Notes under the pieces: model-generated
Databases searched by the model: none
The model's input: only the letters and a program-made list of their open reading frames with translations
What the model was told of the DNA's origin: nothing
Part shown: positions 27,071-34,747 of the stretch, one piece after another
Position numbering within the stretch: the stretch's first letter is position 1
How the letters are laid out: each line of letters begins with the position of its first letter
Translations under genes and position numbers: made by a program
Assembly: GCA_965202655.1 (NCBI GenBank)
Contig: CBDBBK010000002.1
Span: 1,170,528-1,234,527, forward strand
DNA: 64,000 nt
Source: Vicinamibacterales bacterium
GTDB taxonomy: Bacteria > Acidobacteriota > Vicinamibacteria > Vicinamibacterales > UBA8438
Reading direction: 5' to 3'

Positions 27071-28012
27071 ATGCCGCTGGCGGCGGGCCTGGCGCTGACC
27101 CTGCTGGTGCTGCTGCCGGTGGCCGATGCGTATGCCCAGGGCCGCGGCGGAGATTACACGCTGTCGTACACCAGCGGTCTGAACGTCTCCCCCGCCTACG
27201 AGGGTTGGGAGCGGGACCCGGACGGGCAGCGCTACTTCCTCTTCGGCTACATGAACCACAACTGGGAGGAAGAGATTGTGGCGCCGGCGGGCCCGGACAA
27301 TGCCATCGAACCGGGCGGCCCGGACCAGGGGCAGCCGACGCGCTTCCTGCCGCGGCGCAACCGGTTCATCTTCCGTGTTCCGGTGCCGGAGGACTTCACG
27401 GCGACGGACGAAATGGTCTGGACCCTGACCACGAAGGGCGTGACGGAGATGGCGTACGCCACGCTGCGCCTCGACTACTTCGTCGACTCGATGGTGCGGG
27501 CGTCGGAGCAGGGCGCCATCGGCGCGGGCACGACGAATCCGACGATTCGCTCGAACACCGGACCGACGCTGACCGTGGAAGGCCCGACGGAGCGGCAGGT
27601 CCGCGTCGGGGAACCGCTGACGCTGGTGGCGCGAGCGACCGACGACGGCATCCCGGAGTCGCGGCGCCAGCGATCCGATGACAGCCGCCGGCTCTCGGAT
27701 CGGCAGAATCCGTGGCGCCCGCCCTACCGGGCAACCGTGAGCAGCGAGACCGGCCTGCGCGTGTCGTGGTTCGTCTACCGCGGCGTAGGGGAAGTGCGGT
27801 TCGAGCCTCCGCAGGTAACGGTGTGGGAGGATACGCGGCCGGGGTCGCTCTCGCCCTGGTCGCCGCACTGGGTGACGCCCGATCCGCCGCCGGACAACGG
27901 CTGGATCACGTCCGTTACATTCCAGGAACCGGGTGTCTACACGCTCCGGTGCCGGGCGAGTGACGGCGCACTCGACGTCGATCGCGACGTGACCGTCACC
28001 GTCGTTCCGTGA
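27071..28012 (+). CDS. Secreted protein with C-terminal Ig/PKD-like domain, unknown function
   Basis: AGGAGG lies 9 nt upstream of ATG 27071. Signal peptide MPLAAGLALTLLVLLPVADAYAQ. C-terminal GEPLTLVARATDDGIP ... GVYTLRCRASDGALDVDRDVTVTVVP resembles Ig-like fold repeats. Confidence 0.55.
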   Translation: MPLAAGLALTLLVLLPVADAYAQGRGGDYTLSYTSGLNVSPAYEGWERDPDGQRYFLFGYMNHNWEEEIVAPAGPDNAIEPGGPDQGQPTRFLPRRNRFIFRVPVPEDFTATDEMVWTLTTKGVTEMAYATLRLDYFVDSMVRASEQGAIGAGTTNPTIRSNTGPTLTVEGPTERQVRVGEPLTLVARATDDGIPESRRQRSDDSRRLSDRQNPWRPPYRATVSSETGLRVSWFVYRGVGEVRFEPPQVTVWEDTRPGSLSPWSPHWVTPDPPPDNGWITSVTFQEPGVYTLRCRASDGALDVDRDVTVTVVP

Positions 28013-29733
28013 CGGACGCTCCGCCTGCGCCCGTAACGCACTGCCGGCGGCGCCTTCGCCGAACCGCCGCCGCGACGGTTTCCGGTGTGCTGGTCAGCCT
28101 GTGCGGAGCGGATGCGGCCGCGCAACCCGATTCGACTCTCTCCGCGGTCACGTTCATCGACGTCACGGCGCAGGCCGGCATCGACTTTACGCACGACAAC
28201 GGCGCGCGCGGGCGCCACCTGTATCCGGAGCTCTTCGGCGGCGGTGTCGCCGTGCTCGATCTGGACGCCGACGGGTGGCCGGATCTGCTGTTCGTCAACG
28301 GCCGGGAGTGGGACTCGTCCGCCGGGACCCGCCATGGGCTGTTCCGCAACAACCGCGACGGCACGTTCAGCGACGTGTTCGCCGGCAGCGGCCTCGACGG
28401 CGCCGAAGTCTACGGCCTGGGGGCCACCGTCGCGGACTACGACAACGACGGGTACGACGACATCTTCCTGACCACGGTGGACGGCGGCCGGTTGTACCGC
28501 AACGCGGGCGACGGCACGTTCAGCGACGTGACCGCCGCGGCGGGAATCGGAGACGGCCGGTTCGCGGTCAGTGCCGCGTGGCTCGACTACGACCGCGACG
28601 GCCTGGTCGACCTGTTCGTCGGCAACTACGTCGACTGGTCCCCGGAAACCGAAACGGGTTGCGGCAATCCACCGGGCTACTGTGGCCCGGACGCGTACGG
28701 ACCCGTGGCGCCGGCGTTGTATCGCAACACCGGCGGCGGTCGGTTCGAGAACGTGACCGGCCCCGCCGGCCTCGACGATCCCACCGACAAGGCGATGGGG
28801 GTCGCCGTGCTTGACTACGACGCCGACGGTTGGCCGGATCTGTTCGTCGGCAGCGACCGCGTGCCCGCCAAGCTGTACCGCAACGACGGCGCCGGACGGT
28901 TCGCCGACGTGGCGTTGCGCTCGGGTGTCGCCGTGAGCGAGCGGGGGCGGGCGCGCGCGAACATGGGGGTCGACGCCGCCGACTACGACCGGTCCGGGAG
29001 GCCGGACATTCTCGTCGGCAACTTCCTTCACGAGATGCTCGGCCTCTATCGCGCCACGGGCGACGACTTCTTCGTGGACGCCGCCCCCCGGTCGGCGGTC
29101 GGCCGCGCCAGCTACCAGTCGGTCACGTGGGCGGTGTTCTTTCTGGACGTCGACCTCGACGGTTTCCTCGACATCCTTGCCGTCAACGGCGGCACCGACG
29201 AGTCGCAGGGGATGCTGGATTCGCGGGCGCGGCTCAGTCAGCCGCCATTGCTGCTGCGGAACCGCCGCGACGGCACGTTCGAGGACGTCACCGCGGCGGT
29301 GGGCGAGGCGTTCGGCCGGCCGGCCATGGGGCGCGGAGCCGCCTACGTCGACTATGACGCCGATGGCGATCCGGACATCGTGCTCACGGCGCTGAACGAG
29401 CCGGCGCGCCTGCTGCGCAACGAGGGCGGCAACCGAAACAACTGGCTGCGGGTCCGGCTCTCCGGGACCTCCTCGAACCGTCGCGGCATCGGGGCGGTGG
29501 TCCGGATTGCGAGCGCGTCCGGAACGCAGTGGCAGACAGTCCGCAGCGGCTCAAGCTACGCCTCACAGAGCGAGTTGCCGCTTACGTTCGGGTTGGGAGG
29601 CGATGCCGCCGTGGAGTCGGTGGAGGTCGACTGGCCTTCCGGCCGGACCCAGCGGTTCACGGATCCCGTTCCCAACCGACGGATCGTCATCGATGAGACG
29701 GAGGGGATAATCGCGTCAGCGCCCGCGCCGTGA
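28009..29733 (+). CDS. CRTAC1-family protein (FG-GAP/VCBS repeats plus ASPIC/UnbV domain), second copy
   Basis: GTG 28009 overlaps the upstream stop (GTGA). Arg-rich N-terminus RRRLRRTAAATVSGVLVSL. DLDADGWPDLLF, DYDNDGYDDIFL, DYDRDGLVDLFV, DYDADGWPDLFV, DVDLDGFLDILA, DYDADGDPDIVL. C-terminal NNWLRVRLSG...GIGAVVRI...SSYASQSELPLTFGLG...VEVDWPSG. Confidence 0.85.
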   Translation: MTDAPPAPVTHCRRRLRRTAAATVSGVLVSLCGADAAAQPDSTLSAVTFIDVTAQAGIDFTHDNGARGRHLYPELFGGGVAVLDLDADGWPDLLFVNGREWDSSAGTRHGLFRNNRDGTFSDVFAGSGLDGAEVYGLGATVADYDNDGYDDIFLTTVDGGRLYRNAGDGTFSDVTAAAGIGDGRFAVSAAWLDYDRDGLVDLFVGNYVDWSPETETGCGNPPGYCGPDAYGPVAPALYRNTGGGRFENVTGPAGLDDPTDKAMGVAVLDYDADGWPDLFVGSDRVPAKLYRNDGAGRFADVALRSGVAVSERGRARANMGVDAADYDRSGRPDILVGNFLHEMLGLYRATGDDFFVDAAPRSAVGRASYQSVTWAVFFLDVDLDGFLDILAVNGGTDESQGMLDSRARLSQPPLLLRNRRDGTFEDVTAAVGEAFGRPAMGRGAAYVDYDADGDPDIVLTALNEPARLLRNEGGNRNNWLRVRLSGTSSNRRGIGAVVRIASASGTQWQTVRSGSSYASQSELPLTFGLGGDAAVESVEVDWPSGRTQRFTDPVPNRRIVIDETEGIIASAPAP

Positions 29734-31149
29734 CCCCTGCAGCAGCTCTTCCTCGATGAGCCGCGTGAAGTACTCGAAGGGCGGCAGGAAGGGGGGCGGT
29801 TCCGGCGCGAGCCGGCCGTTGACCAGCAGGGCCGGGCTGCCCTGCAGCCCGTAGCGTATGGCCTCGTCCACGGCATCCATGATCGTCTGGCGCGTCTCTC
29901 CGCTGGTCAGGCAGGCACTGAATTCGCCGGCGTCGAGGCCCGCCTCGACGGCCGCCTGCCGCAGCCGGGTGGCGTTCAGCACCGCCGGCCGCGACAGCAG
30001 AGCATCGTGGAACGGCCAGAACCGATCCTGATGGTTGGCGCACTGCGCCGCCTGAGCCGCCTGGAGCGCGGTGGCGCGATCGGGAGACGGCAAGTGCTTG
30101 AACACGATCCGGACCCGGTCGCCGTAGGTTTCCCGGACGCGACCGAATACGGCGGCGAACCGGCCGTAGTCGGCGCTCTGGAAATCGCCGAAGACGACCA
30201 GCTCGACCGGCGCGGTTTCCGGACCGAGTGTGGCGTCCTGCGCGGTCCGCTCCACGGCGATGCGCGGCGCATCAAGGGTCAGGTCGGCGTTCGTGGAGAC
30301 CGCGATCAGCTCCTCCAGGTAGTTCATGCGGGCCAGCTCGCGCGCCGTCACCCGTTCGAGCCAGGCGCGCAGGGCCGGTTTCATCCGCTCATAGCTGTAG
30401 CCGCGCGTGGCGGTCCCGAGGTCGGCATAAAGCGACTGGGCGGCCGATTCGGGCATCTCGACGATCCGGGGCGGGATCTCCCGCTCGAGCAACTCTGCAG
30501 GGGGCAGTCCCCGCGCCTCGGCCTCACGGGCTATCAATTCCTCCGCCACGAGCGCATCCGTGAAGCGCCACCGCGTGTCGTGGATCTCGCGCGCGAGCGC
30601 GATGAAGCCGCCGGGATCCTGCCGCCGCCACTCGCGATCGACCTCGGCCACGGTTATGACCCGGTCACCGACGGTCGCAGCGATGGCGTCGGGAGCCGTG
30701 GCGAGGCCGGGGCCGCCCACCCCGTTCGTGTCGTTACCGCCCCGCCCTCGGGCCGCCGGCGTCCGCGCCGGTCCGGCACCGGAACGGTCGGTGGGCGATG
30801 ATCCGCCCCCGGCCACGCCGCCGTGCACGGCGACATCGAGCGAGGCATGGTCCCCGGGGGCGGAGCCGCGGCTGACGGTCAGGATGTAGTCGCCGGGCGG
30901 CATGAGGGAGAGCGGCGCGTTGGCGACGATCTCCACGTTGGTGGCCGACCGTACGACAAGCGGGACGAGATCGAGCGTGACGAAGGGTGTCGCACCGAAG
31001 CCGTCGCCGGCGATCGTCAGCGTGCCTCCCTGGGGGTCGGGTCGTGCCTCGGTAAGGACGAGCGGGGAGGTCTCGGCCGGTTGCGGGAACGCCGGAGCGG
31101 CGGCCATGCAGAGCGTCACGGCGAACACGGAAACCGGCTTGCCGCGCAT
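29716..31149 (-). CDS. Secreted multidomain protein: IPT/TIG-like domain, SurA-N-like chaperone region and DsbA-fold thioredoxin domain lacking the CxxC cysteines
   Basis: ATG 31149 gives signal peptide MRGKPVSVFAVTLCMAAAPAF. GGTLTIAGDGFG...GDYILTVSRG (Ig-like). The DsbA-family block VELVVFGDFQSADYGRFAAVF has SADY (30166-30177) where the family has CPxC. Later AAQCANHQDRFWPFHDALL and GSPALLVNG are typical DsbA-family motifs. Confidence 0.7.
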   Translation of the reverse strand: MRGKPVSVFAVTLCMAAAPAFPQPAETSPLVLTEARPDPQGGTLTIAGDGFGATPFVTLDLVPLVVRSATNVEIVANAPLSLMPPGDYILTVSRGSAPGDHASLDVAVHGGVAGGGSSPTDRSGAGPARTPAARGRGGNDTNGVGGPGLATAPDAIAATVGDRVITVAEVDREWRRQDPGGFIALAREIHDTRWRFTDALVAEELIAREAEARGLPPAELLEREIPPRIVEMPESAAQSLYADLGTATRGYSYERMKPALRAWLERVTARELARMNYLEELIAVSTNADLTLDAPRIAVERTAQDATLGPETAPVELVVFGDFQSADYGRFAAVFGRVRETYGDRVRIVFKHLPSPDRATALQAAQAAQCANHQDRFWPFHDALLSRPAVLNATRLRQAAVEAGLDAGEFSACLTSGETRQTIMDAVDEAIRYGLQGSPALLVNGRLAPEPPPFLPPFEYFTRLIEEELLQGSRRGR

Positions 31150-31178
31150 GCTACGGTCCGAGGATATCAAGGATCCAT

Positions 31179-31199
31179 CGCTGCGCACGTGCCGCAGCG
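31179..31199. promoter_or_regulatory. Inverted repeat CGCTGCG-CACGTGC-CGCAGCG in the divergent intergenic region (candidate operator)
   Basis: Seven-bp perfect arms (31179-31185 and 31193-31199) around a CACGTG core. It ends 2 nt upstream of the TATAAT box (31202-31207) of the DedA gene. Confidence 0.3.
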
Positions 31200-31216
31200 T
31201 CTATAATCCGCCGTCT

Positions 31217-31828
31217 GTGGCCCGCATCGTCGCCTGGGTTCAAGCCTTCGCGCTCGGCATCGGAGGACCTGGCCTTTTCCTGGTCGCCTTCCTCGACTCA
31301 TCGTTCCTGTCGCTCCCCGAGATCAACGACCTGCTGGTTGTGCTGCTCGTCGTCGGGCGCCCGGAACGGATGCCGTTCTACGCCCTGATGGCGACGACCG
31401 GCTCGGTGGCCGGCTGCCTGGTGCTGTACGCCATCGGCAGGCGGGGCGGCGAGGCGCTGGTCCGACGGCGGTTCGGCGGCCCTCGCGTCGAGCGGGCCCT
31501 CGATGTGTCGCGCCGCTACGGCGTGCTGGCGATCGCCGTGCCGTCGATCCTGCCGCCGCCCGCGCCGTTCAAGATCTTCGTCCTTCTGGCGGGGGTCGCC
31601 GGCGTTCCGATCTGGAAGTTCGCGGCAACCCTCGCGGTCGCGCGCGGGTTCCGGTACCTGACGGTTGGCGTCCTGTCGATTCTGTACGGCGAGCAGGCGA
31701 TCGGTTTCATCGAAGAGAATGGCCGCGCCGTTGCGCTGGCCGTGGCGGCGCTGGTCGTCGCGGGCGCGGTGGGCTGGCTGATCTGGCGCCGGCGGTCGCA
31801 GCGCGCCGCCCGTGCCGGCCACCTATAA
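31217..31828 (+). CDS. DedA/SNARE-associated (YqaA-like) membrane protein
   Basis: GTG 31217 lies 9 nt after TATAAT (31202-31207). GPGLFLVAFLDSSFLSLPEINDLLVV, YALMATTGSVAGCLVLYAIGRRGG, four or more TM helices, typical of PF09335. Confidence 0.8.
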   Translation: MARIVAWVQAFALGIGGPGLFLVAFLDSSFLSLPEINDLLVVLLVVGRPERMPFYALMATTGSVAGCLVLYAIGRRGGEALVRRRFGGPRVERALDVSRRYGVLAIAVPSILPPPAPFKIFVLLAGVAGVPIWKFAATLAVARGFRYLTVGVLSILYGEQAIGFIEENGRAVALAVAALVVAGAVGWLIWRRRSQRAARAGHL

Positions 31829-31837
31829 TCGAATGCC

Positions 31838-32854
31838 GTGACTCCCGAACTCTCGGTCGTCGTGCCGCTCTACAACGAGGAGCCGAACGTCGCGGACCTG
31901 CACCGCGAGCTGACGGCGGCGCTCGACGCCTGGGGCCGGCCGTACGAGTTGATCCTCGTGGACGACGGCAGCGCCGACGGGACGTTCGAACGACTGCGCG
32001 AACTGCACGGCGCGGACCCGCGGCTGCGGGTCCTTCGGCTGCGCCGCAACTTCGGCCAGACCGCGGCGTTCGCGGCCGGCTTCGCACAGGCGCGGGGGCG
32101 CCTGATCGCGACCGCGGACGGCGATCTGCAGAACGATCCCCGCGACCTGCCGGCGATGGTCGACCAGCTGAACGACGACTACGACATCGTGTGCGGCTGG
32201 CGGCGCGACCGGAAGGACCCGTGGCTGACCCGCCGCCTGCCGTCGCAACTGGCGAACTGGCTCATATCGCGCACTACCGGCGTGAAGCTGCACGACTACG
32301 GCTGCTCGCTCAAGGTGTTTCGTGGCGACGTCGTGCGGTCGATGCGGCTGTACGGCGAAATGCACCGCTTCATGCCGGCGATTGCGAGCGAGCAGGGGGT
32401 ACGGATCGCGGAGACGGTCGTCAATCACCGCGCGCGCCGCGCCGGGCAGTCGAAGTACGGGCTGTCGCGCACGATACGCGTGGTGCTCGACCTGTTCACG
32501 GTGAAGTTCCTGTTGACCTACTCGACGCGCCCGCTCCAGATGTTCGGTCCGCCCGGGCTACTCATGGGCGCGATCGGCGTCGCGTTGACCGGCTACCTGG
32601 GCTATATCCGGCTGTTCACGGATCAGGGGATCGCCGACCGTCCCCTGCTCTTGCTGGCCATCCTGCTGATCTTTGCCGGCATGCAGCTCGTCACGCTCGG
32701 CCTGCTGGCCGAATTGCAGGCGCGCACGTACCATGAGTCCCAGGGCAAGCCCATCTACGCCGTGCGCGAGCGGCTCGAGCCGCCGGACGAGACGCGGCCC
32801 CCGGAGGCGGCTCGAATCCACGAAGGGGTCGACATGGAGCAGCCCGTTCGGTAA
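31838..32854 (+). CDS. GT2 polyprenyl-phosphate glycosyltransferase (DPM1/ArnC/GtrB-like)
   Basis: GTG 31838 lies 8 nt after TATAAT (31824-31829). LSVVVPLYNEE, ELILVDDGSADGT, ADGDLQNDP (DxD region), and two C-terminal TM helices as in ArnC/GtrB-type enzymes. Confidence 0.9.
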   Translation: MTPELSVVVPLYNEEPNVADLHRELTAALDAWGRPYELILVDDGSADGTFERLRELHGADPRLRVLRLRRNFGQTAAFAAGFAQARGRLIATADGDLQNDPRDLPAMVDQLNDDYDIVCGWRRDRKDPWLTRRLPSQLANWLISRTTGVKLHDYGCSLKVFRGDVVRSMRLYGEMHRFMPAIASEQGVRIAETVVNHRARRAGQSKYGLSRTIRVVLDLFTVKFLLTYSTRPLQMFGPPGLLMGAIGVALTGYLGYIRLFTDQGIADRPLLLLAILLIFAGMQLVTLGLLAELQARTYHESQGKPIYAVRERLEPPDETRPPEAARIHEGVDMEQPVR

Positions 32855-32863
32855 ACGTCCACC

Positions 32864-33622
32864 ATGCGAAATCGATTCTCCCGTATCGCCGCCATCGTCG
32901 TGGCCGGTTGCACCGTGGTCGGTGTGGCTCCGGCTGCCGCCCAGGAGTCCCTCACCCGCGTCACGCTGCAACTTAACGGCGCCTTCCAGGCGGCGCCGTC
33001 CGCGTTCACGGGCCTCAGCAACGAACGCGCGTACGGTGAGGAGGCGATGTTCCAGACCCTCCACTCGCTCGATGGCGGTCCGACGGCCGATGTCGGCCTG
33101 ACACTACACCTCTATGATCGCGTCGGGTTGGGCGCGGCGGTTACCTGGATGCAGGTGGCCGACACCGCGTTGTTCACCGGCACGGTACCGCATCCTCTTG
33201 TAGCCGAAAGTCCCCGCATGGCGTTGCCGCAGGAGCTCGACCTCAAGCGCAAGGAGCTTGCGGTCCACCTGTCCGCGGGCTACCGGATACCGTTGAACAC
33301 GCGCATGGAGCTGACGTTCTCCATCGGCCCGACGGTTTTCAACGTAACGCAGGATACGGTCGTGGGGCTGGTCTTCCAGGAAGGGGCGCCGCCGGACTTC
33401 GATCAGATCGGCCTCGAGGCGGAAACGGGCAGACAGCGACGGAATGCGATCGGCGGCCACGTCGGAATCGATCTCGCGTTCATGGCCACCCGTTACCTCG
33501 GCTTCGGCTATTTCGTTCGATTCGCCCGTGCGAAGGTCGACCTGCCGGGCCGGGGCGACACTACCATTGCCGCCAATGCCGGAGGCGTCCAGACCGGTGG
33601 CGGTCTCCGTTTCCGCTTCTGA
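32864..33622 (+). CDS. Outer-membrane beta-barrel protein (paralog of 46903..47652)
   Basis: Signal peptide ending APAAAQE, an amphipathic strand pattern, and C-terminus GGVQTGGGLRFRF. Clear similarity to the 46903 gene product (IGGHVGIDLAF/IGYHAGLDVTY; GLRFRF ends). Confidence 0.65.
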   Translation: MRNRFSRIAAIVVAGCTVVGVAPAAAQESLTRVTLQLNGAFQAAPSAFTGLSNERAYGEEAMFQTLHSLDGGPTADVGLTLHLYDRVGLGAAVTWMQVADTALFTGTVPHPLVAESPRMALPQELDLKRKELAVHLSAGYRIPLNTRMELTFSIGPTVFNVTQDTVVGLVFQEGAPPDFDQIGLEAETGRQRRNAIGGHVGIDLAFMATRYLGFGYFVRFARAKVDLPGRGDTTIAANAGGVQTGGGLRFRF

Positions 33623-33651
33623 GTGAACCGCGTGGCGACAGGACGCGTCCG

Positions 33652-34680
33652 CTACCGCACTCCAGGCGCCAACTGGAACTGGCTGTCCGCTGTGTTGATT
33701 TCGTATTGCGCCTTCAGTTCCTCAAAGAACCCACGTGCGACCAGGGCATAGCCCTCCGGCGTAAGGTGCAGATCGTCGGCGCCGAGGCATGGGAACGATC
33801 CGGGGGGGCGTCCCATCGGGCCGTCGCTGCAGCGGCCGTCGCGGATGATCCGGTGGACGTCCACGAGTGGCACGCGGTTCACGGCGGCGAGCTGGCGGAT
33901 CCGCTGGTTGTAGGGTTCGACACGGTCGGCTTCCCTTCGGCTTGGGCCCGCCGGCGGAATCGTTGCGATGATTGGATCCCACCCACCATTCCGCGCGTTG
34001 ATCGCCATACGCCGGATCGCTTCCGCCGCGGCGGCGCCCTGATCGCGGTCCATGTCGATCGTCCCCTGCATGATGAGTACGACATGCGGGTTGTGCAGCC
34101 TCAGAGATGCTTCAAACCGCGCCAGCGCGCTGACGGCGGCTTCTCCCGGCATCCCTTCGTTTGTGACGGTGATCTGCTGCGTGACGTACCGGTTCCGGAG
34201 CAGCCTTTCCAGGACCGCCGGGTAGGCCGCTCCCGGAGCGCCCACGCCGGCGGTCAGGCTGTCACCGAACGCCATGATTCGGGTCGCTTCGAGTCGGCGG
34301 AAGACGGTGACGTGCAGCGAGCAACTCGCCGTCAGTCCCAGTTGGTCCGTTCCCTCGCAGGTGACGGCGTGTTGGCCGACGGGGAAGCTGGATCCGGACG
34401 GCGGCGTGCAGGTGACGGTGACCGGAGCGAGGCCGCCGACAATGGTCGGCGGATCGAAGGTGACGCGAACCGGTCCGTCGTCGGGCGACTCGATCAGCGG
34501 GTTGATTGGGCAGACGAGCGCGAGCCGCTGCACCCTATCGGGCGGGAACAGGGTCGGCGCGGTCGGCTGCGTGGTCGTTTCCGCGCACCCGGTCATGGCC
34601 AGGAGCAGGCCGACGGCCGCCACCGAACGGCGCGCGGGATAGGGCGCCATCCGGCGCCGACAGAGCGAGGTGAACGGCAA
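33652..34680 (-). CDS. Lipoprotein with HYR-like domain and SGNH/GDSL hydrolase domain (copy 1)
   Basis: Lipobox LLLAMTGC. HYR-like VTVTCTPPSGSSFPVGQHAVTCEGTDQLGLTASCSLHVTV. SGNH block I FGDSLTAG, GTIDM, and DDLHLTPEGY (block V, DxxH). Start is TTG 34680, 8 nt after TATAGT; ATG 34650 is an alternative. Confidence 0.8.
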   Translation of the reverse strand: MPFTSLCRRRMAPYPARRSVAAVGLLLAMTGCAETTTQPTAPTLFPPDRVQRLALVCPINPLIESPDDGPVRVTFDPPTIVGGLAPVTVTCTPPSGSSFPVGQHAVTCEGTDQLGLTASCSLHVTVFRRLEATRIMAFGDSLTAGVGAPGAAYPAVLERLLRNRYVTQQITVTNEGMPGEAAVSALARFEASLRLHNPHVVLIMQGTIDMDRDQGAAAAEAIRRMAINARNGGWDPIIATIPPAGPSRREADRVEPYNQRIRQLAAVNRVPLVDVHRIIRDGRCSDGPMGRPPGSFPCLGADDLHLTPEGYALVARGFFEELKAQYEINTADSQFQLAPGVR

Positions 34681-34720
34681 CGCCCGCTACTATACCGCGC
34701 CGTCGACGTGCGGAGTCGTG
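33652..34720 (-). repeat. Copy 1 of a roughly 1.07 kb dispersed direct duplication (gene plus promoter)
   Basis: Collinear with 35439-36510 at a constant offset of 1790 nt in the 5' half. There is a 51-nt identical run at 34538-34588 and 36328-36378. Similarity extends upstream of the start codon through the TATAGT box and an ACGTG-containing segment. Confidence 0.8.
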
Positions 34721-34747
34721 CCGGCGTTCGCTCCGGGCGCCGGAGTT

